The notes under the pieces were generated by a model. That model had not been told where the DNA came from and ran no database searches. It saw nothing but the letters and a program-made list of their open reading frames with translations. Source: Leptogorgia sarmentosa (lineage: Eukaryota). Taken from it: 64,000 nucleotides of DNA. The translations under genes and the position numbers were made by a program. Location of the stretch: NCBI GenBank assembly GCA_964658305.1, contig OZ210884.1:434001-498000 (forward strand), written 5' to 3'. Below, one piece after another: positions 21,614-34,200 of the stretch (positions within the stretch are counted from its first letter, which is position 1; each line of letters opens with the position of its first letter).

Positions 21614-24600
21614 CGAACAAATTAAAATCATTGTTATCAATGTAAACACACTATGCAGCATCACTGGAGGGAGATTTTTAGCATCTGAAGAGTTTTAAAA
21701 TTTCAAACATTAGTCAAAATCATGATCATTTTCGACACATTTTCCAACTTCGTACGAACAAATCAAAATCATTGTTATCAATGTAAACACACTCTGCAAC
21801 ATCGCTAGAGTGTGATTTTTGGCATTTGAAGAGTTTTAAAATTTCAAACTTTATTCAAAATCATGATCATTTTCGACACATTTTCCAACTTCGTACGAAC
21901 AAATCAAAATCATTGTTATCAATGTAAACACACTCTGCAGCATCACTGGAGGGAGATTTTTAGCATCTGAAGAGTTTTAAAATTTCAAACATTAGTCAAA
22001 ATCATGATCATTTTCGACACATTTTCCAACTTCGTACGAACAAATTAAAATCATTGTTATCAATGTAAACACACTATGCAGCATCACTGGAGGGAGATTT
22101 TTAGCATCTGAAGAGTTTTAAAATTTCAAACATTAGTCAAAATCATGATCATTTTCGACACATTTTCCAACTTCGTACGAACAAATCAAAATCATTGTTA
22201 TCAATGTAAACACACTCTGCAACATCGCTAGAGTGTGATTTTTGGCATTTGAAGAGTTTTAAAATTTCAAACTTTAGTCAAATTCATGATGATTTTTGAC
22301 AAATTTTCCAACTTCGTATGAACAAATCAAAATCATTATTATCAATGTAAACACACTCTGCAGCATCACTGGAGGGAGATTTTTAGCATCTGAAGAGTTT
22401 TAAAATTTCAAACATTAGTCAAAATCATGATCATTTTCCACACATTTTCCAACTTCGTACGAACAAATCAAAATCATTGTTATCAATGTAAACACACTCT
22501 GCAGCATCACTGGAGGGAGATTTTTAGCATCTGAAGAATTTTAAAATTTCAAACATTAGTCAAAATCATGATCATTTTCGACACATTTTCCAACTTCGTA
22601 CGAACAAATCAAAATCATTGTTATCAATGTAAACACACTATGCAGCATCACTGGAGGGAGATTTTTAGCATCTGAAGAGTTTTAAAATTTCAAACATTAG
22701 TCAAAATCATGATCATTTTCGACACATTTTCCAACTTCGTACGAACAAATCAAAATCATTGTTATCAATGTAAACACACTCTGCAGCATCACTGGAGGGA
22801 GATTTTTAGCATCTGAAGAGTTTTAAAATTTCAAACATTAGTCAAAATCATGATCATTTTCGACACATTTTCCAACTTCGTACGAACAAATCAAAATCAT
22901 TGTTATCAATGTAAACACACTCTGCAGCATCACTGGAGGGAGATTTTTAGCATCTGAAGAGTTTTAAAATTTCAAACATTAGTCAAAATCATGATCATTT
23001 TCGACACATTTTCCAACTTCGTACGAACAAATTAAAATCATTGTTATCAATGTAAACACACTATGCAGCATCACTGGAGGGAGATTTTTAGCATCTGAAG
23101 AGTTTCAAAATTTCAAACATTATTCAAAATCGTGATCATTTTCGACACATTTTCCAACTTCGTACGAACAAATCAAAATCATTGTTATCAATGTAAACAC
23201 ACTCTGCAACATCGCTAGAGTGTGATTTTTGGCATTTGAAGAGTTTTAAAATTTCAAACTTTATTCAAATTCATGATCATTTTTGACACATTTTCCAACT
23301 TCGTATGAACAAATCAAAATCATTATTATCAATATAAACACATTCTGCAGCATCACTGGAGGGAGATTTTTAGTATCTGAAGAGTTTTAAAATTTCAAAC
23401 ATTAGTCAAAATCATGATCATTTTCGACACATTTTACAACTTCGTACGAACAAATCAAAATCATTGTTATCAATGTAAATACACTACGCAGCATCACTGG
23501 AGGGAGATTTTTAGCATCTGAAGAGTTTTAAAATTTCAAACATTAGTCAAAATCATGATCATTTTCGACACATTTTCCAACTTCGTACGAACAAATCAAA
23601 ATCATTGTTATCAATGTAAACACACTCTGCAACATCGCTAGAGTGTGATTTTTGGCATTTGAAGAGTTTTAAAATTTCAAACTTTATTGAAATTCATGAT
23701 CATTTTTGACACATTTTCCAACTTCGTATGAACAAATCAAAATCATTATTATCAATGTAAACATACTCTGCAGCATCACTGGAGGGAGATTTTTAGCATC
23801 TGAAGAGGTTTAAAATTTCAAACATTTGTCAAAATCATGATCATTTTCGACACATTTTCCAACTTCGTCCGAACAAATCAAAATCATTATTATCAATGTA
23901 AACACACTCTGCAGCATCACTGGAGGGAGATTTTTAGCATCTGAAGAGTTTTAAAATTTCAAACATTATTCAAAATCATGATCATTTTCGACACATTTTC
24001 CAACTTCGTACTAACAAATCAAAATCATTGTTATCAATGTAAACACACTCTGCAACATCGCTAGAGTGTGATTTTTGGCATTTGAAGAGTTTTAAAATTT
24101 CAAACTTTATTCAAATTCATGATCATTTTTGACACATTTTCCAACTTCGTATGAACAAATCAAAATCATTATTATCAATGTAAACACACTCTGCAGCATC
24201 ACTGGAGGGAGATTTTTAGCTTCTGAAGAGTTTTAAAATTTCAAACATTATTCAAAATCATGATCATTTTCGACACATTTTCCAACTTCGTACGAACAAA
24301 TCAAAATCATTGTTATCAATGTAAACACACTCTCCAACATCGCTAGAGTGTGATTTTTGGCATTTGAAGAGTTTTAAAATTTCAAACTTTATTCAAATTC
24401 ATGATCATTTTTGACACATTTTCCAACTTCGTATGAACAAATCAAAATCATTATTATCAATGTAAACACACTCTGCAGCATCACTTGAGGGAGATTTTTA
24501 GCATCTGAAGAGTTTTAAAATTTCAAACATTATTCAAAATCATGATCATTTTCGACACATTTTCCAACTTCGTACGAACAAATCAAAATCATTGTTATCA

Positions 24601-26200
24601 ATGTAAACACACTCTGCAACATCGCTAGAGTGTGATTTTTGGCATTTGAAGAGTTTTAAAATTTCAAACTTTATTCAAATTCATGATCATTTTTGACACA
24701 TTTTCCAACTTCGTATGAACAAATCAAATTCATTATTATCAATATAAACACATTCTGCAGCATCACTGGAGGGAGATTTTTAGCATCTGAAGAGTTTTAA
24801 AATTTCAAACATTAGTCAAAATCATGATCATTTTCGACACATTTTCCAACTTCGTACGAACAAATCAAAATCATTGTTATCAATGTAAACACACTCTGCA
24901 ACATCGCTAGAGTGTGATTTTTTGCATTTGAAGAGTTTAAAATTTCAAACTTTAGTCAAATTCATGATCATTTTTGACACATTTTCCAACTTCGTATGAA
25001 CAAATCAAAATCATTATTATCAATGTAAACACACTCTGCAGCATCACTTGAGGGAGATTTTTAGCATCTGAAGAGTTTTAAAATTTCAAACATTATTCAA
25101 AATCATGATCATTTTCGACACATTTTCCAACTTCGTACGAACAAATCAAAGTCATTGTTATCAATGTAAACACACTCTGCAACATCGCTAGAGTGTGATT
25201 TTTGGCATTTGAAGAGTTTTAAAATTTCAAACTTTATTCAAATTCATGATCATTTTTGACACATTTTCCAACTTCGTATGAACAAATCAAATTCATTATT
25301 ATCAATATAAACACATTCTGCAGCATCACTGGAGGGAGATTTTTAGCATCTGAAGAGTTTTAAAATTTCAAACATTAGTCAAAATCATGATCATTTTCGA
25401 CACATTTTCCAACTTCGTACGAACAAATCAAAATCATTGTTATCAATGTAAACACACTCTGCAACATCGCTAGAGTGTGATTTTTTGCATTTGAAGAGTT
25501 TAAAATTTCAAACTTTATTCAAATTCATGATCATTTTTGACACATTTTCCAACTTCGTATGAACAAATCAAAATCATTATTATCAATGTAAACACACTCT
25601 GCAGCATCACTTGAGGGAGATTTTTAGCATCTGAAGAGTTTTAAAATTTCAAACATTATTCAAAATCATGATCATTTTCGACACATTTTCCAACTTCGTA
25701 CGAACAAATCAAAATCATTGTTATCAATGTAAACACACTCTGCAACATCGCTAGAGTGTGATTTTTGGCATTTGAAGAGTTTTAAAATTTCAAACTTTAT
25801 TCAAATTCATGATCATTTTTGACACATTTTCCAACTTCGTATGAACAAATCAAATTCATTATTATCAATATAAACACATTCTGCAGCATCACTGGAGGGA
25901 GATTTTTAGCATCTGAAGAGTTTTAAAATTTCAAACATTAGTCAAAATCATGATCATTTTCGACACATTTTCCAACTTCGTACGAACAAATCAAAATCAT
26001 TGTTATCAATGTAAACACACTCTGCAACATCGCTAGAGTGTGACTTTTTGCATTTGAAGAGTTTAAAATTTCAAACTTTAGTCAAATTCATGATCATTTT
26101 TGACAAATTTTCCAACTTCGTATGAACAAATCAAAATCATTATTATCACTGTAAACACACTCTGCAGCATCACTGGAGGGAGATTTTTAGCATCTGAAGA

Positions 26201-26400
26201 NNNNNNNNNNNNNNNNNNNNNNNNNNNNNNNNNNNNNNNNNNNNNNNNNNNNNNNNNNNNNNNNNNNNNNNNNNNNNNNNNNNNNNNNNNNNNNNNNNNN
26301 NNNNNNNNNNNNNNNNNNNNNNNNNNNNNNNNNNNNNNNNNNNNNNNNNNNNNNNNNNNNNNNNNNNNNNNNNNNNNNNNNNNNNNNNNNNNNNNNNNNN
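26201..26400. other. Assembly gap (200 N)
   Basis: Run of exactly 200 N. Confidence 0.99.
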
Positions 26401-27199
26401 GTTTTAAAATTTCAAACATTAGTCAAAATCATGATCATTTTCCACACATTTTCCAACTTCGTACGAACAAATCAAAATCATTGTTATCAATGTAAACACA
26501 CTCTGCAGCATCACTGGAGGGAGATTTTTAGCATCTGAAGAATTTTAAAATTTCAAACATTAGTCAAAATCATGATCATTTTCGACACATTTTCCAACTT
26601 CGTACGAACAAATCAAAATCATTGTTATCAATGTAAACACACTATGCAGCATCACTGGAGGGAGATTTTTAGCATCTGAAGAGTTTTAAAATTTCAAACA
26701 TTAGTCAAAATCATGATCATTTTCGACACATTTTCCAACTTCGTACGAACAAATCAAAATCATTGTTATCAATGTAAACACACTCTGCAGCATCACTGGA
26801 GGGAGATTTTTAGCATCTGAAGAGTTTTAAAATTTCAAACATTAGTCAAAATCATGATCATTTTCGACACATTTTCCAACTTCGTACGAACAAATCAAAA
26901 TCATTGTTATCAATGTAAACACACTCTGCAGCATCACTGGAGGGAGATTTTTAGCATCTGAAGAGTTTTAAAATTTCAAACATTAGTCAAAATCATGATC
27001 ATTTTCGACACATTTTCCAACTTCGTACGAACAAATTAAAATCATTGTTATCAATGTAAACAAACTATGCAGCATCACTGGAGGGAGATTTTTAGCATAT
27101 GAAGAGTTTTAAAATTTCAAACATTATTCAAAATCATGATCATTTTCGACACATTTTCCAACTTCGTACGAACAAATTAAAATCATTGTTATCAATGTA

Positions 27200-28288
27200 C
27201 AGTACCGTCCTCGAGTAACATACACTCGACTCGCGCGTAGCGAGTGCGCGCGAGTCACTCGCGAGTCTTTCGAGTACTCGCTTGACTCGCTACTCGCGAG
27301 TACGCGCAAATCATGTTGGCAAGAAATACTCGCTTCACTCGCAAAATACATCACTCGCTGCACTCGCGAGTATTTCGAGTCTGCGAGTATAAGACCGGTA
27401 AAAACACTAAAAACACTAAAAATCAATTTGTTAAAGTAAAGTTTATGTCGACATAAGTGGCACTCACTGCGTCATCATTTATAAACACACATGAAATAAT
27501 CACAAATAACCAACGCAGGCGGTTTTCCCGTATCGGCGGTCAAAACTCCGTTGTCCTTGTATTCGATGAAAAGTCCCTTCCATAAGTTTTGTCAGGTTTG
27601 ATGGCCGTTTAGAGCAGAATGAATCACCGAATTTTGTATAGGTTATTTTTATCCAAAGGAGAGCAACGCGTTTATTATTGTTATGAATGCGAAGTTGACA
27701 TGTTATGAATGCAAGTTGACATGTTATGAATGCGAAGTTGACATGTTATTAGCATAACAGTGATACAATGAGCGATGAATTTGCATTTGTTATTTGCGCT
27801 CAATTGAGACATCTTCATTGTCGCGTTGCTCTGCCTTTGGATAAAAATAACCTATATAAAATTCGGTGATTCATTCTGCTCTAAACGGCCATCAAACCTG
27901 ACAAAATTTATGGAAGGGACTTTTGATCGAATACAAGGACAACGGAGTTTAGACCGAATCCGAGAAAACCGCCTGCGTTGGCTATTTGTGATTATTACAT
28001 GTGTGTTTATACCTGATGACGCGGTGAGTACCTATGTCTACATAAACTTTACTTTAACAAATTGATTTTTAGTGTTTTTAGTGTTTTTACCGGTTTTATA
28101 CTCGCAGACTCCAAATACTCGCGAGCGCAGCGAGTGATCTACTTTGCGAGTGAAGCGAGTATTTCTTGCCAACATGGTTTGCGCGTACTCGCGAGTAACG
28201 AGTCAAGCGAGTACTCGAACGACTCGCGAGTGACTCGCGCGCACTCGCTACGCGCGAGTCGAGTGTATGTTACTCGAGGACGGTACTG
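27200..28288. mobile_element. Non-autonomous foldback element of Tc1/mariner type, 1089 bp, with ~470-bp inverted arms
   Basis: TA TSD (27198-27199, 28289-28290) and CAGTACCGTCCTCGAG...CTCGAGGACGGTACTG ends. Arms span 27200-27670 and 27822-28288 around a ~150-bp spacer. Confidence 0.9.
27679..27748. repeat. 22-bp tandem repeat, about 3 copies, in the foldback spacer
   Basis: TGTTATGAATGCGAAGTTGACA repeated; the middle copy lacks one base. Confidence 0.85.
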
Positions 28289-31200
28289 TAAACACACTCT
28301 GCAACATCGCTAGGTGTGATTTTTGGCATTTGAAGAGTTTTAAAATTTCAAACTTTATTCAAATTCATGATCATTTTTGACACATTTTCCAACTTCGTAT
28401 GAACAAATCAAAATCATTATTATCAATGTAAACACACTCTGCAGCGTCACTTGAGGGAGATTTTTAGCATCTGAAGAGTTTTAAAATTTCAAACATTATT
28501 CAAAATCATGATCATTTTCGACACCTTTTCCAACTTCGTACGAACAAATCAAAATCATTGTTATCAATGTAAACACACTCTGCAACATCGCTAGAGTGTG
28601 ATTTTTGGCATTTGAAGAGTTTTAAAATTTCAAACTTTATTCAAATTCATGATCATTTTTGACACATTTTCCAACTTCGTATGAACAAATCAAAATCATT
28701 ATTATCAATATAAACACATTCTGCAGCATCACTGGAGGGAGATTTTTAGCATCTGAAGAGTTTTAAAATTTCAAACATTAGTCAAAATCATGATCATTTT
28801 CGACACATTTTCCAACTTCGTATGAACAAATCAAAATCATTATTATCAATGTAAACACACTCTGCAGCATCACTGGAGGGAGATTTTTAGCATCTGAAGA
28901 GTTTTAAAATTTCAAACATTAGTCAAAATCATGATCATTTTCGACACATTTTACAACTTCGTACGAACAAATCAAAATCATTGTTATCAATGTAAATACA
29001 CTACGCAGCATCACTGGAGGGAGATTTTTAGCATCTGAAGAGTTTTAAAATTTCAAACATTAGTCAAAATCATGATCATTTTCGACACATTTTCCAACTT
29101 CGTACGAACAAATCAAAATCATTGTTATCAATGTAAACACACTCTGCAACATCGCTAGAGTGTGATTTTTGGCATTTGAAGAGTTTTAAAATTTCAAACT
29201 TTATTGAAATTCATGATCATTTTTGACACATTTTCCAACTTCGTATGAACAAATCAAAATCATTATTATCAATGTAAACATACTCTGCAGCATCACTGGA
29301 GGGAGATTTTTAGCATCTGAAGAGTTTTAAAATTTCAAACATTTGTCAAAATCATGATCATTTTCGACACATTTTCCAACTTCGTCCGAACAAATCAAAA
29401 TCATTATTATCAATGTAAACACACTCTGCAGCATCACTGGAGGGAGATTTTTAGCATCTGAAGAGTTTTAAAATTTCAAACATTATTCAAAATCATGATC
29501 ATTTTCGACACATTTTCCAACTTCGTACTAACAAATCAAAATCATTGTTATCAATGTAAACAAACTCTGCAACATCGCTAGAGTGTGATTTTTGGCATTT
29601 GAAGAGTTTTAAAATTTCAAACTTTATTCAAATTCATGATCATTTTTGACACATTTTCCAACTTCGTATGAACAAATCAAAATCATTATTATCAATGTAA
29701 ACACACTCTGCAGCATCACTGGAGGGAGATTTTTAGCTTCTGAAGAGTTTTAAAATTTCAAACATTATTCAAAATCATCATCATTTTCGACACATTTTCC
29801 AACTTCGTACGAACAAATCAAAATCATTGTTATCAATGTAAACACACTCTGCAACATCGCTAGAGTGTGATTTTTGGCATTTGAAGAGTTTTAAAATTTC
29901 AAACTTTATTCAAATTCATGATCATTTTTGACACATTTTCCAACTTCGTATGAACAAATCAAAATCATTATTATCAATGTAAACACACTCTGCAGCATCA
30001 ATTGAGGGAGATTTTTAGCATCTGAAGAGTTTTAAAATTTCAAACATTATTCAAAATCATGATCATTTTCGACACATTTTCCAACTTCGTACGAACAAAT
30101 CAAAATCATTGTTATCAATGTAAACACACTCTGCAACATCGCTAGAGTGTGATTTTTGGCATTTGAAGAGTTTTAAAATTTCAAACTTTATTCAAATTCA
30201 TGATCATTTTTGACACATTTTCCAACTTCGTATGAACAAATCAAATTCATTATTATCAATATAAACACATTCTGCAGCATCACTGGAGGGAGATTTTTAG
30301 CATCTGAAGAGTTTTAAAATTTCAAACATTAGTCAAAATCATGATCATTTTCCACACATTTTCCAACTTCGTACGAACAAATCAAAATCATTCTTATCAA
30401 TGTAAACACACTCTGCAACATCGCTAGAGTGTGATTTTTTGCATTTGAAGAGTTTAAAATTTCAAACTTTAGTCAAATTCATGATCATTTTTGACAAATT
30501 TTCCAACTTCGTATGAACAAATCAAAATCATTATTATCACTGTAAACACACTCTGCACCATCACTGGAGGGAGATTTTTAGCATCTGATGAGTTTTAAAA
30601 TTTCAAACATTAGTCAAATTCATGATCATTTTTGACACATTTTCCAACTTCGTATGAACAAATCAAAATCATTATTATCAATGTAAACATACTCTGCAGC
30701 ATCACTGGAGGGAGATTTTTAGCATCTAAAGAGTTTTAAAATTTCAAACATTTGTCAAAATCATGATCATTTTCGACACATTTTCCAACTTCGTCCGAAC
30801 AAATCAAAATCATTATTATCAATGTAAACACACTCTGCAGCATCACTGGAGGGAGATTTTTAGCATCTGAAGAGTTTTAAAATTTCAAACATTATTCAAA
30901 ATCATGATCATTTTCGACACATTTTCCAACTTCGTACTAACAAATCAAAATCATTGTTATCAATGTAAACACACTCTGCAACATCGCTATAGTGTGATTT
31001 TTGGCATTTGAAGAGTTTTAAAATTTCAAACTTTATTCAAATTCATGATCATTTTTGACACATTTTCCAACTTCGTATGAACAAATCAAAATCATTATTA
31101 TCAATGTAAACATACTCTGCAGCATCACTGGAGGGAGATTTTTAGCATCTGAAGAGTTTTAAAATTTCAAACATTTGTCAAAATCATGATCATTTTCGAC

Positions 31201-34200
31201 ACATTTTCCAACTTCGTCCGAACAAATCAAAATCATTATTATCAATGTAAACACACTCTGCAGCATCACTGGAGGGAGATTTTTAGCATCTGAAGAGTTT
31301 TAAAATTTCAAACCTTATTCAAAATCATGATCATTTTCGACACATTTTCCAACTTCGTACTAACAAATCAAAATCATTGTTATCAATGTAAACACACTCT
31401 GCAACATCGCTAGAGTGTGATTTTTGGCATTTGAAGAGTTTTAAAATTTCAAACTTTATTCAAATTCATGATGATTTTTGACACATTTTCCAACTTCGTA
31501 TGAACAAATCAAAATCATTATTATCAATATAAACACACTCTGCAGCATCACTGGAGGGAGATTTTTAGCATCTGAAGAATTTTAAAATTTCAAACATTAG
31601 TCAAAATCATGATCATTTTCGACACATTTTCCAACTTCGTACGAGCAAATCAAAATCATTGTTATCAATGTAAACACACTCTGCAACATCGCAAGAGTGT
31701 GATTTTTTGCATTTGAAGAGTTTAAAATTTCAAACTTTAGTCAAATTCATGATCATTTTTGACAAATTTTCCAACTTCGTATGAACAAATCAAAATCATT
31801 ATTATCAATGTAAACACACTCTGCAGCATCACTAGAGGAGGATTTTTAGCATCTGATGAGTTTTAAAATTTCAAACATTAGTCAAATTCATGATCATTTT
31901 TGACACATTTTCCAACTTCGTATGAACAAATCAAAATCATTATTATCAATGTAAACACACTCTGCAGCATCACTGGAGGGAGATTTTTAGCATCTGAAGA
32001 GTTTTAAAATTTCAAACATTAGTCAAAATCATGATCATTTTCGACACATTTTCCAACTTCGTACGAACAAATCAAAATCATTGTTATCAATGTAAACACA
32101 CTACGCAGCATCACTGGAGGGAGATTTTTAGCATCTGAAGAGTTTTAAAATTTCAAACATTAGTCAAAATCATGATCATTTTCGACACATTTTCCAACTT
32201 CGTACGAACAAATCAAAATCATTGTTATCAATGTAAACACACTCTGCAACATCGCTAGAGTGTGATTTTTGGCATTTGAAGAGTTTTAAAATTTCAAACT
32301 TTATTGAAATTCATTATCATTTTTGACACATTTTCCAACTTCGTATGAACAAATCAAAATCATTATTATCAATGTAAACATACTCTGCAGCATCACTGGT
32401 GGGACATTTTTAGCATCTGAAGAGTTTTAAAATTTCAAACATTTGTCAAAATCATGATCATTTTCGACACATTTTCCAACTTCGTCCGAACAAATCAAAA
32501 TCATTATTATCAATGTAAACACACTCTGCAGCATCACTGGAGGGAGATTTTTAGCATCTGAAGAGTTTTAAAATTTCAAACATTATTCAAAATCATGATC
32601 ATTTTCGACACATTTTCCAACTTCGTACTAACAAATCAAAATCATTGTTATCAATGTAAACACACTCTGCAACATCGCTAGAGTCTGATTTTTGGCATTT
32701 GAAGAGTTTTAAAATTTCAAACTTTATTCAAATTCATGATCATTTTTGACACATTTTCCAACTTCGCATGAACAAATCAAAATCATTATTATCAATGTAA
32801 ACATACTCTGCAGCATCACTGGAGGGAGATTTTTAGCATCTGAAGAGTTTTAAAATTTCAAACATTAGTCAAAATCATGATCATTTTCGACACATTTTCC
32901 AACTTCGTACGAACAAATAAAAATCATTGTTATCAATGTAAACACACTCTGCAACATCGCTAGAGTGTGATTTTTTGCATTTGAAGAGTTTAAAATTTCA
33001 AACTTTAGTCAAATTCATGATCATTTTTGACAAATTTTCCAACTTCGTATGAACAAATCAAAATCATTATTATCAATGTAAACAAACTCTGCAGCATCAC
33101 TAGAGGGAGATTTTTAGCATCTGATGAGTTTTAAAATTTCAAACATTTGTCAAAATCATGATCATTTTCGACACATTTTCCAACTTCGTCCGAACAAATC
33201 AAAATCATTATTATCAATGTAAACACACTCTGCAGCATCACTGGAGGGAGATTTTTAGCATCTGAAGAGTTTTAAAATTTCAAACATTATTCAAAATCAT
33301 GATCATTTTCGACACATTTTCCAAGTTCGTACTAACAAATCAAAATCATTGTTATCAATGTAAACACACTCTGCAACATCGCTAGAGTGTGATTTTTGGC
33401 ATTTGAAGAGTTTTAAAATTTCAAACGTTATTCAAATTCATGATGATTTTTGACACATTTTCCAACTTCGTATGAACAAATCAAAATCATTATTATCAAT
33501 ATAAACACACTCTGCAGCATCACTGGAGGGAGATTTTTAGCATCTGAAGAGTTTTAAAATTTCAAACATTAGTCAAAATCATGATCATTTTCGACACATT
33601 TTCCAACTTCGTACGAACAAATAAAAATCATTGTTATCAATGTAAACACACTCTGCAACATCGCTAGAGTGTGATTTTTTGCATTTGAAGAGTTTAAAAT
33701 TTCAAACTTTAGTCAAATTCATGATCATTTTTGACAAATTTTCCAACTTCGTATGAACAAATCAAAATCATTATTATCAATGTAAACAAACTCTGCAGCA
33801 TCACTAGAGGGAGATTTTTAGCATCTGATGAGTTTTAAAATTTCAAACTTTATTCAAATTCATGATCATTTTTGACACATTTTCCAACTTCGTATGAACA
33901 AATCAAAATCATTATTATCAATGTCAACATACTCTGCAGCATCACTGGAGGGAGATTTTTAGCATCTGAAGAGTTTTAAAATTTCAAACATTTGTCAAAA
34001 TCATGATCATTTTCGACACATTTTCCAACTTCGTCCGAACAAATCAAAATCATTATTATCAATGTAAACACACTCTGCAGCATCACTGGAGGGTGATTTT
34101 TAGCATCTGAAGAGTTTTAAAATTTCAAACATTATTCAAAATCATGATCATTTTCGACACATTTTCCAAGTTCGTACTAACAAATCAAAATCATTGTTAT

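Noticed and set aside
26078..26495. ORFs spanning the N run
   Set aside because: Artefacts of translating the gap.
27124..28313. Two similar ORFs on opposite strands (100 aa and 83 aa) plus a 79-aa ORF
   Set aside because: They are by-products of the inverted arms of the foldback element, with non-ATG starts and no recognisable domain.
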